Of a stretch of DNA of 43,071 nucleotides, positions 27,383 to 36,334 are shown in pieces. Location of the stretch: NCBI GenBank assembly GCA_902774205.1, contig CACYHL010000003.1, positions 1 through 43,071 of the forward strand, written 5' to 3'. The first letter of the stretch is position 1. Every line of letters begins with the position of its first letter. The position numbers and the translations under genes are program-made. Under the pieces are notes generated by a model. The model saw nothing but the letters and a program-made list of their open reading frames with translations. It did not search any database and was not told where the DNA came from. The stretch is from an uncultured Bacteroidota bacterium (GTDB taxonomy: Bacteria; Bacteroidota; Bacteroidia; Bacteroidales; WCHB1-69).

Positions 27383-28783
27383 ATGAAAATTCAATTTTTG
27401 GGAGCGACATCTGAAGTTACTGGCAGCAAGTTTTTGTTGACCACGTCAAAAGGAGTTAAAATTCTCTTGGATTGCGGTATGTATCAAGGAAAGGGACTTG
27501 AAACGGATGCTATGAACAGGGATTTGGGTTTCGAGCCTACTGAAATTGATTTCTTGCTGCTTTCACATGCGCATATCGACCATTCAGGGCTCATACCATA
27601 TATTTACAAATTGGGTTTTAGGGGAAAGATTTTCTGCACACCAGCCACACGTGACCTTTGCTCAATAATGTTGACAGATTCGGGAAAGATTCAAGAGGTT
27701 GATACTGTGCAGTTTAATAAAAAACGTGCCAAATCCGGTCTGCCGCCAGTTGACCCTATTTATACGATGAAAGATGCGGCTGACTGTATGCAGCAGTTTA
27801 TCAGTGTTCCATACGATTTGAAATACAGCCTGACACCAGACTTTTCCGTGACTTTTATTGATACGGGGCACATGCTCGGAAGTTCTGCTGTTTACATTGA
27901 ATTTAAGGAAGGCCGGAAAAAGCGGAGTTTGTGCTATACGGGCGATGTTGGCAGGTATGACAAGCGTATTTTACGCGACCCCAAACCGTTCCCGCAAGCT
28001 GATTATATCATCACGGAGTCAACCTATGGCGACAAGTTGCATTCCACATTGGAAATCGCTGAGCAGGACCTTTTGCTGACAGTGAAGGATGCTTGTGCGA
28101 AACGTAGGGGAAAACTGCTGATACCGTCATTCGCAATCGGAAGAACACAGGAGATTGTTTATGCGCTTCACCGGCTGAAAATCAAGGGCGATCTACCCGA
28201 TATTGACATTTTTGTCGATAGCCCGTTGGCGTTGTCGGCAACAAATATCTTCAGACTTCATGCGGATTGTTTTAACGAGGATATGCAGGAGTTCCTTGCG
28301 AAAGAGACTGACCCGTTCGGATTCGAGAATCTGCACTATGTCCGTTCGATAGAGGATTCCAAGAATCTTAACAGTTACAACCGACCATGCGTCATTATTT
28401 CTGCTTCGGGGATGATGGAGGCGGGGCGTATCAAGCACCACTTGGCAAACAATATCGAGAATCCGCGCACCACAATACTTTGTGTCGGTTATTGCTCGCC
28501 AACAACGCTCGGCGCGAAAATCATGCGTGGCGACAAGGAGGTCTCAATTTTCGGTGTCAACTACAAGGTGAAGGCGACTTTGGTGCGGATTGAGGCCTTC
28601 TCGGGGCACGGCGACTACAGCGAACTGATACGCTATCTCTCATGTCAGGACAAGAAAAAGGTCAGAAATATTTTCATCGTTCATGGTGAGGACGAGGTGC
28701 GTGGACACTATAGCAACCACCTCAATGAGGCTGGCTTCCATAAAAATTATGTTCCGTCATTTAAGGAAGAGATTAAAATATAA
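27383..28783 (+). CDS. MBL-fold / beta-CASP metallo-hydrolase (RNA-metabolising type)
   Basis: LSHAHIDHSG (HxHxDH) and DTGHMLGSS, a beta-CASP-sized insert, and C-terminal FSGHGD. Confidence 0.8.
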   Translation: MKIQFLGATSEVTGSKFLLTTSKGVKILLDCGMYQGKGLETDAMNRDLGFEPTEIDFLLLSHAHIDHSGLIPYIYKLGFRGKIFCTPATRDLCSIMLTDSGKIQEVDTVQFNKKRAKSGLPPVDPIYTMKDAADCMQQFISVPYDLKYSLTPDFSVTFIDTGHMLGSSAVYIEFKEGRKKRSLCYTGDVGRYDKRILRDPKPFPQADYIITESTYGDKLHSTLEIAEQDLLLTVKDACAKRRGKLLIPSFAIGRTQEIVYALHRLKIKGDLPDIDIFVDSPLALSATNIFRLHADCFNEDMQEFLAKETDPFGFENLHYVRSIEDSKNLNSYNRPCVIISASGMMEAGRIKHHLANNIENPRTTILCVGYCSPTTLGAKIMRGDKEVSIFGVNYKVKATLVRIEAFSGHGDYSELIRYLSCQDKKKVRNIFIVHGEDEVRGHYSNHLNEAGFHKNYVPSFKEEIKI

Positions 28784-28819
28784 TTCTGTTTGAAGACTAA
28801 ATTTTTGATACTCAACATT

Positions 28820-30289
28820 ATGAAAAGAATTGTTTTAATTTTTATCGCGTGCATGTTTGGAATGAATTTTAATTCTTGTCATAAAAAGGAGGAGTCTAAA
28901 GATGAGATTGCCCATTTGAAAAGGTCGGATTGGGCGGCGGACGTGAAATCTGCTATAAATGATTTTTTCGACTTATATTCCAATGCACCTGACGCGTACG
29001 TTGTCTTTGATTTTGACAACACCTCTTCCATTTTTGATGTTGAGGAGCAGTTGATGGTTTATCAGTTGCAGATAATGGGGTTCGCGATGTCTCCAGACGA
29101 ATTGAAGTTGGCAGTAAGCAGTGGCTTGGAAGATTTTATGGGCGAGTTAACGCCTTGGGTGACAGATGTTTATAATGCGTATAAGTTCCTATATGATGAA
29201 TATGGCCCGTTTGTTCCGGCTGGGCTTCCAAGTGAGCGGCAAAGTGTGGTGCAGGCTGACCCTATGTGGCGGGAGTTCGCTTCAAAAATGGCTTGCATGT
29301 ATGATAAAGTTGATGAGTGTGCAGGCTCTGAAGTAGCTTACAGCTGGGTGTTGGCGTGGTTTTCGGGAATGACAGAAAAGGAGGTTTACGACATTGCATA
29401 CCGTTCTCATAAAAAGTTCGCCGCGTTGCCGACTTCCAAGGAGGTTATAGAAGGACCGCAAGAAGTCGCTTCTTCGGTCGGTGCGGTCAGTTATGAGTAT
29501 ATTTCTGGGGTTCAGGTTACGGAAAATATCAAGGAGTTATGGAAAGACTTGAGCCAAAACGGATTTGATGTGTGGGTCTGCTCCGCTTCAGGAATTCAGC
29601 AGATATTGGCTGCGGTTGACGCTTTCGGGCTGCATGATTATTGTACGGGTGTGATTGGAATGACAATGAAATTGGATGATGCGGGGAAATATCTGCCAGA
29701 GTACAATTATGATGGCACTGCCTTCGTATCCCATGTCAACTCTTGGGGGCGCGACAATGCTCCGACTATGGCGAAAACACTCGCTGCGGGCAAGGTTACT
29801 GCGATTGATAATGTGTTGAGACCAAAATATGGTGGGAAAGGACCTCTGGCTGGTTTTATGGACTCGTCTGGCGACTTTAATTTCTGCACGGAATATTCCT
29901 CTTTGAAAATGGTGGTCTGCTTTAACCGAGCCAACAGAAAAGTGACTGATGGCGGGGGATTGGTTGCGGAAGTGGCTATGTATGAGAGAGATGTGCTTGG
30001 GTATGATTTAAAATCCGCCAATGCTGCAGGTGAGACACTCTATCTGTTGCAAGGACGCGATGAAAACGGCATCCGCACCTTCCGTCCCTCCAATGCCACG
30101 ATTCGGTACGGCAATGCCGCCGAACAGCTTTTTGCCAATGATGACAATTATGCCCAGCTTGAGTATATGAAACAGTCGGAAATGTCTGTAAAAGAAGCGT
30201 TTGACAAATTCGCCTTAAAGACCGCCGTAGGAGAACTCGGCTTCGCATACGGTTTCCTTGACAGCTATTCGGGGTACCATAGCAGGTAA
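28820..30289 (+). CDS. HAD-like hydrolase lipoprotein (tentative)
   Basis: Lipoprotein signal MKRIVLIFIACMFGMNFNSC and a DxDxT-like VVFDFDNTSS motif. The family call is weak. Confidence 0.45.
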   Translation: MKRIVLIFIACMFGMNFNSCHKKEESKDEIAHLKRSDWAADVKSAINDFFDLYSNAPDAYVVFDFDNTSSIFDVEEQLMVYQLQIMGFAMSPDELKLAVSSGLEDFMGELTPWVTDVYNAYKFLYDEYGPFVPAGLPSERQSVVQADPMWREFASKMACMYDKVDECAGSEVAYSWVLAWFSGMTEKEVYDIAYRSHKKFAALPTSKEVIEGPQEVASSVGAVSYEYISGVQVTENIKELWKDLSQNGFDVWVCSASGIQQILAAVDAFGLHDYCTGVIGMTMKLDDAGKYLPEYNYDGTAFVSHVNSWGRDNAPTMAKTLAAGKVTAIDNVLRPKYGGKGPLAGFMDSSGDFNFCTEYSSLKMVVCFNRANRKVTDGGGLVAEVAMYERDVLGYDLKSANAAGETLYLLQGRDENGIRTFRPSNATIRYGNAAEQLFANDDNYAQLEYMKQSEMSVKEAFDKFALKTAVGELGFAYGFLDSYSGYHSR

Positions 30290-30315
30290 ATTTTTCTGGG
30301 AAATACAAATGCCCT

Positions 30316-30938
30316 CTATTTTTCCCGTTTCCTGTATTTCTGATTTCTGTCATTGCGTTTATCTGGAATGGTCATTTCCAAAACGCCCATATCCACAAGA
30401 GTTTGGATGAGTCTTTTGCGATTGACAGACTGATTGGATAGTCCCAATCTGGCTAAAATCTCTTGTGCAGACCTCGGAACAGAACAGAAATTCACAATAT
30501 CCTTTTGTGTCTTTGTCAATGCAGGTTTACGAACTTTTTCTTGGTTACTTTCTTGGTTACTTTCTTGGTTACTTCCTTTCATTTCCAGTAAGGCCTGTTT
30601 CAAGCATTGTAGCATAAATGTTATGAAAGCAGTGCTGTTGGCTTCCGAGTCGCTCTTGGCGATGGCGGCATAGTACTCCTGTTGGTGTTCTTTGACAATG
30701 GTTTCTACTGGAATCCATGCAAAGACAGGCTTCCATTGCATCAGCAAGAGTGTTTGCCACATACGTCCCATTCGTCCATTCCCGTCGGCAAAGGGATGGA
30801 TGAATTCAAATTCATTCCCTTGCGCAGATGTGGGGATGGCAGTTCTGTTGTTGTGGCTGTCAAAAGCCCAACTTGCTCAGCAGTCTCTGCAACCAAAGAT
30901 GTTATTTCGTCTGTTATCGTGAATGGCGGTATATACAT
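30316..30938 (-). pseudogene. Fic/DOC-family gene remnant (internal deletion plus frame change)
   Basis: The N-terminal frame gives MYIPPFTITDEITSLVAETAEQVGLL...SPHLRKG. Only a different frame gives NEFEFIHPFADGNGRMGRMWQTLLL... plus a C-terminal wHTH-like tail. The segment normally lying between the LRK and FIHPF regions is absent. Confidence 0.7.
30541..30576 (-). repeat. 12-nt tandem repeat x3 inside the Fic remnant
   Basis: ttggttactttc / ttggttactttc / ttggttacttcc, encoding (SNQE)3 on the minus strand. Confidence 0.9.
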
Positions 30939-31157
30939 GGTTCTCACTTTTGGGGGCGACTTTCTTTGATACTGCAAAAGTAGTGTTTTTTTTAATACAC
31001 TATAAAGAAGTTAAGTGATTAATTTTCAGTTATTTATCATAATATTGTGACGAATTCGCACCCCATTAGGGGCGACAAGACACAGGTGCGGAAAATAGGG
31101 GAGGTGGTTGCCGTGGAAGAGGGGGGAGGATGATTCCCCATAAACTCAAAGCAAAGG

Positions 31158-31736
31158 TTACAGATCGTCCATAGCGGCGTTGCGCACCTTATCGGAGTTG
31201 ACCTTGTCGTAGTAGGAAAGGCGGGCGCAAGCCGTATGGTATTTTGAACCAGCCATAATAGACAATTCGATATCACCCAATTCCGTGGTGAAAGTGGTGT
31301 ACCACACGTATTCACCATCTTTCAATGCGTACATGATAAGACCATTGTCATTGCCGTTATAATCGGTAAATTTCTCTTTTGAATCTGACGGGGTGCCATA
31401 CTTTTCGGTGAGCATGGCTTTGAGATGTTCGTAATCACTCAGTACTGCCGACCAAGTGTCCTTATCGGGGAAGAGGACAGCGATATGGCTGACCACGTCG
31501 AGGTTCTTCAGGGTGGACACGCCGACTGTACAGCCTTTGTAGCCGGCGAAGTCACCGGTCAGAAGTGCGGTGCCGTCTTGGGTGAGTTCGTATTGGAATC
31601 CAGCTTTCACCATGGCGTCGGTATAAGACTTCAGTGTTCCGTTGATGGGCACGCCCTTAAACGAAAGGTGTTGCTGGGCGAAGATGCTGCCTGCAAACAT
31701 AAGGCAGGCGATGAAAAGGGTGATCTGTTTTTTCAT
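31158..31736 (-). CDS. secreted protein of unknown function
   Basis: Signal peptide MKKQITLFIACLMFAGSIFAQQ in a 192-aa protein. No family recognised. Confidence 0.6.
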   Translation of the reverse strand: MKKQITLFIACLMFAGSIFAQQHLSFKGVPINGTLKSYTDAMVKAGFQYELTQDGTALLTGDFAGYKGCTVGVSTLKNLDVVSHIAVLFPDKDTWSAVLSDYEHLKAMLTEKYGTPSDSKEKFTDYNGNDNGLIMYALKDGEYVWYTTFTTELGDIELSIMAGSKYHTACARLSYYDKVNSDKVRNAAMDDL

Positions 31737-31864
31737 GATGGGAAGTTTTTTTTGTATTTGTTAATTATTATGCTGTTTGGTATCCATAATCTAATGTGCG
31801 ATTTCGATGATTGGTTTGTGATGCTGATTCTGAATATAATACTGAAATTGTGGTCACCGTGCTA

Positions 31865-33217
31865 TTATACCTCTGACAAGAGGAACATCATATAGAACGG
31901 CAACGTCAGTAGTTGTCCGTTGCGACCGACATTGTAATTGCCGAATTTCAAGGCTTGACGGACATGGTAATGTTCAGGATGCTTGAGTACGGTTTGCATA
32001 GACTTTGCATTTCCTGACCGGGCCTTACATTCCAACGGATAGCATTCTCCCTTGTATCGAGTGAGGAAGTCGAGTTCCAGTCCGCCCTCCTTCTGAAAGT
32101 AGTACAACTTCCGTCCCATTTTGCACAAGATGTCTGCGGCAAGATTTTCAAAAATTGCACCTTTGTAGCCAAAAAGGTTCCCCTGCAAGATACTCCAAGC
32201 CGTACCCTCTTCCAACATACTGACCAACAGGCCAATATCCGTCATATAGACTTTAAAGATATCGGGGATGGCATTGCCGTCGAGAGGCAATTCTGTGATG
32301 GCGACGTTGTGGCACCGGTGGATGATGCCGGCATCCTCAATCCATTGCAGACTTCCGGCATACTGACTTGAACGCCCTCCCCTGCGTATCACGGAGTATT
32401 GAAACTTCTTGTTCTCTTTGGCCAACTGTGCGGGTATGGAATCAAAGCATTCGCGTATGCGGGGCTTGTCCTCCTGACGGGCATACTTCAGCATGTCTGC
32501 CTTATAGGTTTCGATAATGCCGTGTTGCACATCCGACACATCGTTCATATTGTTGGTTTCAAGAAAAGTGCTGACAGCCTCAGGCATTCCGCCCACTACC
32601 ACATAGCGCAGCAACAACTCACACATTCTCTGGTGAATGCCCTCATTGACCGGTGTTTCGTTCTCCAGACAGTTGCGCAGATAGTCGATGTGCTGCTGCT
32701 CAATGCCGTTAGCCCACAGCCACTCCTCGAAGTCCATTGGGTACATTGTGACGATCTGCTCAAATCCAACGGGGACGGATGCCTGTTCCTCTTCCTCTTG
32801 TTCCTCCTTGCTGCGGTAGCCGTTGACTCCCAGCAGAGAGCCCGTGCAAATGACATCATAGCGCCCGTCGAGCTTGAAGAACTTCAACGATGCGCGAGCA
32901 TTGGGGCATTCCTGTATCTCGTCAAGTACCAGACATGTCTCGCCCGCTACGAACCGTGCACCTCGTATGCCTGCTGAGATGGCCAATGTCAATGTATCCA
33001 CGTCAAGTGCTCCGGCAAAGAATGACTTGTATTCCTTGTGCTCGTGGAAGTCCATACAGACAACATACTTGTAGTTCCTGTGGGCAAAATCCAGAACCGA
33101 GCTGGTTTTCCCGCACTGGCGACATCCTTTTATCACCAGCGGTTTATGCCCTTTCTTGTTTTTCCACTGGCTTAAAACCTTCTCTATTTTTCGTTTATAC
33201 ATAGCCATTGTTCCCAT
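31865..33217 (-). CDS. AAA-type ATPase (AAA_14 / DUF4143-like architecture)
   Basis: Walker A-like GCRQCGKTS, Walker B-like CLVLDEIQ, and a C-terminal region resembling the DUF4143 nuclease-like fold. Start is ambiguous among M1, M4 and M6. Confidence 0.65.
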   Translation of the reverse strand: MGTMAMYKRKIEKVLSQWKNKKGHKPLVIKGCRQCGKTSSVLDFAHRNYKYVVCMDFHEHKEYKSFFAGALDVDTLTLAISAGIRGARFVAGETCLVLDEIQECPNARASLKFFKLDGRYDVICTGSLLGVNGYRSKEEQEEEEQASVPVGFEQIVTMYPMDFEEWLWANGIEQQHIDYLRNCLENETPVNEGIHQRMCELLLRYVVVGGMPEAVSTFLETNNMNDVSDVQHGIIETYKADMLKYARQEDKPRIRECFDSIPAQLAKENKKFQYSVIRRGGRSSQYAGSLQWIEDAGIIHRCHNVAITELPLDGNAIPDIFKVYMTDIGLLVSMLEEGTAWSILQGNLFGYKGAIFENLAADILCKMGRKLYYFQKEGGLELDFLTRYKGECYPLECKARSGNAKSMQTVLKHPEHYHVRQALKFGNYNVGRNGQLLTLPFYMMFLLSEV

Positions 33218-33235
33218 TTGTTTCCGCCCTTTTAT

Positions 33236-33327
33236 TGCAATTTTCCCGCCGACTTTTCAATCTGTTTCCACACTTTTCGGGGCGAGTTTTTTGGTTACAT
33301 ACACACTTTTCCATGCGACTTTTTTGG
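33236..33327 (-). repeat. three imperfect direct repeats with 33-nt period in the leader of the ATPase gene
   Basis: Plus strand: tgcaattttcccgccgacttttcaa (33236-), cacacttttcggggcgagttttttgg (33269-33294) and cacacttttccatgcgacttttttgg (33302-33327). The last two match at 22 of 26 positions. Confidence 0.7.
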
Positions 33328-33332
33328 AACTG

Positions 33333-33340
33333 CAAAGATA
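33333..33340 (-). promoter_or_regulatory. -7 promoter box (TATCTTTG) upstream of the repeat-bearing leader
   Basis: Reverse complement of caaagata matches TAnnTTTG. It lies about 115-130 nt upstream of the ATPase start, so the repeats would be transcribed. Confidence 0.3.
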
Positions 33341-33407
33341 AATTTTTTTTGAATACAATAAAATGAATTCAAATAAAAGAGAAGGCGTTGTCGTCCACTC
33401 GCTTTTT

Positions 33408-34658
33408 TCACCCCAACGGCTGGCAACGCTCTTTGCGCACCACACGGTCGCGCATAAGACGAGGGTCGGAAATGTTGCGGGCGATATTGCAAATGAGATC
33501 AAAATAATTATCCTTGCCGTCTTTATCCCTGTAGTAATAGGGCTTGATGGAAACACAATTCTTATGCTCAAAGAGTGTTTTCAGAAGTGTACGGTCAGAG
33601 ATGCCACAGGAGAGCCCCATTATACAAACTTGATATGGCCCTAGCTCAATGAACCCAAGCATTTTTCGGTAATTGGAGGACTCCAAATAGCGGAAAGATT
33701 TGATGTGGCGCAAATACTCGTTATTATTTTTCTTCATCAATGGTTGATATTCATCGTCATGCTCATCTCCATAACCAAAAATCACACTTTGAGGATTTGA
33801 CAGAGAACCATGAATGTGATTGACTGAAAACAAATCATTGGTTTGCAAATAGATATCTGCCGTATTCGTATAATTGAAGTTTAGCAGCATAATTTTGTCT
33901 GGAAGCCGATATGCGGGACAACTCTTTCCTATATATTCATCTCTGAAATCGCCATAACGAATAGCAACTTCGAATTCATGTTTAAAGCTTTTAATAGAAT
34001 TGGTAGAATAACTTGAGCCCCCTAAAATTGCATTATACGCAGCAAAGAGGTGTTCCCACTGATCATCATTGTAATCCAACCGCTCTTTCATCATATCCTT
34101 CCATTGATCCATTGAACCAATGGCGATGTCGTCTGGAGAGATCGGTGATAAAATTTTCCATTTTATACTGGGAATAACAATGCTATCAGTTATTTCCTTT
34201 TGTATCTCTGACAAATACTCTATCAGATTGGACTTGACAATATCCAATTCCTTATTGACATCTTTAGCAGGGCGGGGTATGCTGTCATGACGTTTCAAAT
34301 GTTTGTAATAAATCTCCTCTATGTCAACCCAACCTTTTGCCTCAATATTCAGACATATTTCGTGAAACATTGGAGTAAACTCCATTGAAAAACTGTTGGT
34401 ATTTTTCCTAATCTCCTCAACAATTGCTTTGCCATCAATTTTTGAATACGATGAAATACAACTATACGCCCAAACACTCCAATAAATCGATTCATTATTG
34501 ATTTTAAAAGAACAAAGTCCATCATCGGATATATTACTTAAAAGACCTCTGAATCCATAGACACGCTTTGTCCAATACCACTTGATGAAGTCTTCATAAC
34601 CCGTTTTCAAGTCATGTGCCAAGTCAAAACCGTTGCCGATGAGGATGATTCTGTTCAT
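33408..34658 (-). CDS. abiH: AbiH-family abortive-infection protein
   Basis: N-terminus MNRIILIGNGFDLAHDLKTGYEDFIKWYW is the characteristic AbiH signature, and 416 aa fits the family. The start codon is 2 nt from the hsdM stop. Confidence 0.75.
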   Translation of the reverse strand: MNRIILIGNGFDLAHDLKTGYEDFIKWYWTKRVYGFRGLLSNISDDGLCSFKINNESIYWSVWAYSCISSYSKIDGKAIVEEIRKNTNSFSMEFTPMFHEICLNIEAKGWVDIEEIYYKHLKRHDSIPRPAKDVNKELDIVKSNLIEYLSEIQKEITDSIVIPSIKWKILSPISPDDIAIGSMDQWKDMMKERLDYNDDQWEHLFAAYNAILGGSSYSTNSIKSFKHEFEVAIRYGDFRDEYIGKSCPAYRLPDKIMLLNFNYTNTADIYLQTNDLFSVNHIHGSLSNPQSVIFGYGDEHDDEYQPLMKKNNNEYLRHIKSFRYLESSNYRKMLGFIELGPYQVCIMGLSCGISDRTLLKTLFEHKNCVSIKPYYYRDKDGKDNYFDLICNIARNISDPRLMRDRVVRKERCQPLG

Positions 34659-34660
34659 TG

Positions 34661-36307
34661 CTATTCCTCAAACTTCAATTTTCCCAACTGCTCCAGAATC
34701 TCTCCCTCCAATTCGTGGCTCTCTGAGAACATTTCCGATAGTTTCTTCTTATGTTCTGCCATCCTGGAATTGAATTCTTCGGCAGTGATGTCCACGTATT
34801 CGATTTTGATGTCGAAGTACTGACCGGCTGAAAGCGAATATTTTTTGTCCTTTATTTCTTTGAAAGTGACCACTTTCGAGAAATCGTCCACCTCTTTCTG
34901 TTGCTTGAACGTATCGATGATTTGTTCTATTTCAAAGTCGCGTAGGACAGTTTTCTGGTTGTTGTCTATCTTGACTTTCTCGCCGAGTTTGGAAGCGTCA
35001 ATCAGGATCACATTACCATCCTTGTTTGCTTTGTCGATGAAGATAACACTAACATTGGTGCCGGTGTTGGCAAAGATATTGGAGGGCATAGAAACGACAC
35101 CTCGCAACCATCCTTCGTCAATGATGCGTTGTTTGATTTTCAGCGGAATACCGCTGCCGGCGGTTAAGAACCCGGTCGGCACCACCACCGCCGCCTTGCC
35201 GGTCGATTTCAGGATGTAGAGGATGTGCTGGAGGAAGCACTGATAGATGGCCATACTGTCCTTCTTTTTGTTAGGAATGTTTGGAACTCCTGCAAAGAAG
35301 CGGTCAGTGTTTTGGAAGGCTTTGTGCGTCACACTCTCGCTGAAATCCACATTGAATGGCGGATTACTCACCACATAGTCGAACTGTCCCATCATCTCAC
35401 CGTTTTTGCCGGCGTGGCCCCAGCTGATGAGCGAATCGCCTTGCACCACGTTGGGCAATGAATGCACCAGATTGTTTAAAATCAGATTCAACCGCAACAT
35501 CGTGGTGCTCTTCTGGCTTTGGTCCTGGCTGTAGATGGTGCAGCGGTCTTCGCCAATTTGGTGGGCCAAGGCCATCAACAGCGTGCCGGTACCGGCGGAC
35601 GGGTCGCAGCAGGTGATGCTTTTCAGCTCTTCCTTTTGATCCACCAACAGACGGGCCATCACAGTGGCCACGGCGTGCGGGGTGAAATACTCCGCATATT
35701 TGCCGCCTCCGTTTTTGTTGTAGTCGGCAATCAGATACTCGAACACGGTGGCGAAGAAATCGTATTTCTGGTCGAATACCTCCTCAAAGTTGAAGGTGAT
35801 AAGCTTGTTCACCAGCGCTTTCGCGAAGTCGTCGCGTTTATCCACATCGGTGACATTGGTGGTGATGGCTTCGAACAGAGCCACATTGCTCTTGCCAGAG
35901 GTTTTGATACTGTAACGGTCGGCATTGGCCTGTCCCAGCGACACCATCGTGTCGTCAAAGGTGCCAGCGAAGCCGTCTTCCGCCATACGGTTATAGAGGG
36001 AAGCTATCAGAAACTCGGGCTTCATCCGCGGAGCTTCAGGCACAAAATCCTGCAGGTCTTCGCGTTCCGCATCCGTCAGTGCCTTGTAGGCGTCTTCCCA
36101 GTGCTCGGCATTGCGCAATCTGTCGCGGTAATCCGTGTCGGCACGTTTCACTTCGTAGCCGAATTTGTCGTTCAAGTATTTGTACAGGAACACTTGTACG
36201 ATGATTTTGTACTCGCTACTGTCGCCCGACAACCCGTAGGCGGAGCAGGTGGCGCGAAGGGCGTCAATCAACGCCTCGGTCTTTTCTATATGCTGTTTTG
36301 TATCCAT
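34661..36307 (-). CDS. hsdM: type I restriction-modification system methyltransferase subunit
   Basis: HsdM N-domain style start, AdoMet motif CDPSAGTGTLL and catalytic VVSNPPFNVDF, in a 548-aa protein. Confidence 0.9.
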   Translation of the reverse strand: MDTKQHIEKTEALIDALRATCSAYGLSGDSSEYKIIVQVFLYKYLNDKFGYEVKRADTDYRDRLRNAEHWEDAYKALTDAEREDLQDFVPEAPRMKPEFLIASLYNRMAEDGFAGTFDDTMVSLGQANADRYSIKTSGKSNVALFEAITTNVTDVDKRDDFAKALVNKLITFNFEEVFDQKYDFFATVFEYLIADYNKNGGGKYAEYFTPHAVATVMARLLVDQKEELKSITCCDPSAGTGTLLMALAHQIGEDRCTIYSQDQSQKSTTMLRLNLILNNLVHSLPNVVQGDSLISWGHAGKNGEMMGQFDYVVSNPPFNVDFSESVTHKAFQNTDRFFAGVPNIPNKKKDSMAIYQCFLQHILYILKSTGKAAVVVPTGFLTAGSGIPLKIKQRIIDEGWLRGVVSMPSNIFANTGTNVSVIFIDKANKDGNVILIDASKLGEKVKIDNNQKTVLRDFEIEQIIDTFKQQKEVDDFSKVVTFKEIKDKKYSLSAGQYFDIKIEYVDITAEEFNSRMAEHKKKLSEMFSESHELEGEILEQLGKLKFEE

Positions 36308-36334
36308 AGAATCTTATTCTTTTGAATTATGAAT

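Noticed and set aside
31050-31150. A G-rich/GC-rich non-coding patch (…aggggaggtggttgccgtggaagaggggggaggatgattcccc…) 3' of the 31158-31736 gene, considered as a possible G-quadruplex, small RNA or gene fragment. ORF 31037-31318 overlaps it.
   Set aside because: Only short hairpins (5-bp GGGGA/TCCCC) are present, with no T-run and no coding signal. The overlapping ORF has a proline/serine-rich nonsense product. A meaning cannot be supported from sequence alone.
33236-33327. The 33-nt periodic repeats as a mini CRISPR array.
   Set aside because: There are only three imperfect copies, with conserved flanks and a variable centre inside each unit rather than repeat-spacer alternation. There are no cas genes, and the repeats sit between a promoter box and a start codon.
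35519-36325. A 268-aa plus-strand ORF antisense to hsdM, and 240-256-aa plus-strand ORFs (40885-41655, 40923-41645) antisense to hsdR.
   Set aside because: These are typical stop-poor antisense frames in GC-richer genes. The translated sequences are low-complexity with no motifs, while the sense-strand genes carry clear HsdM and HsdR motifs.
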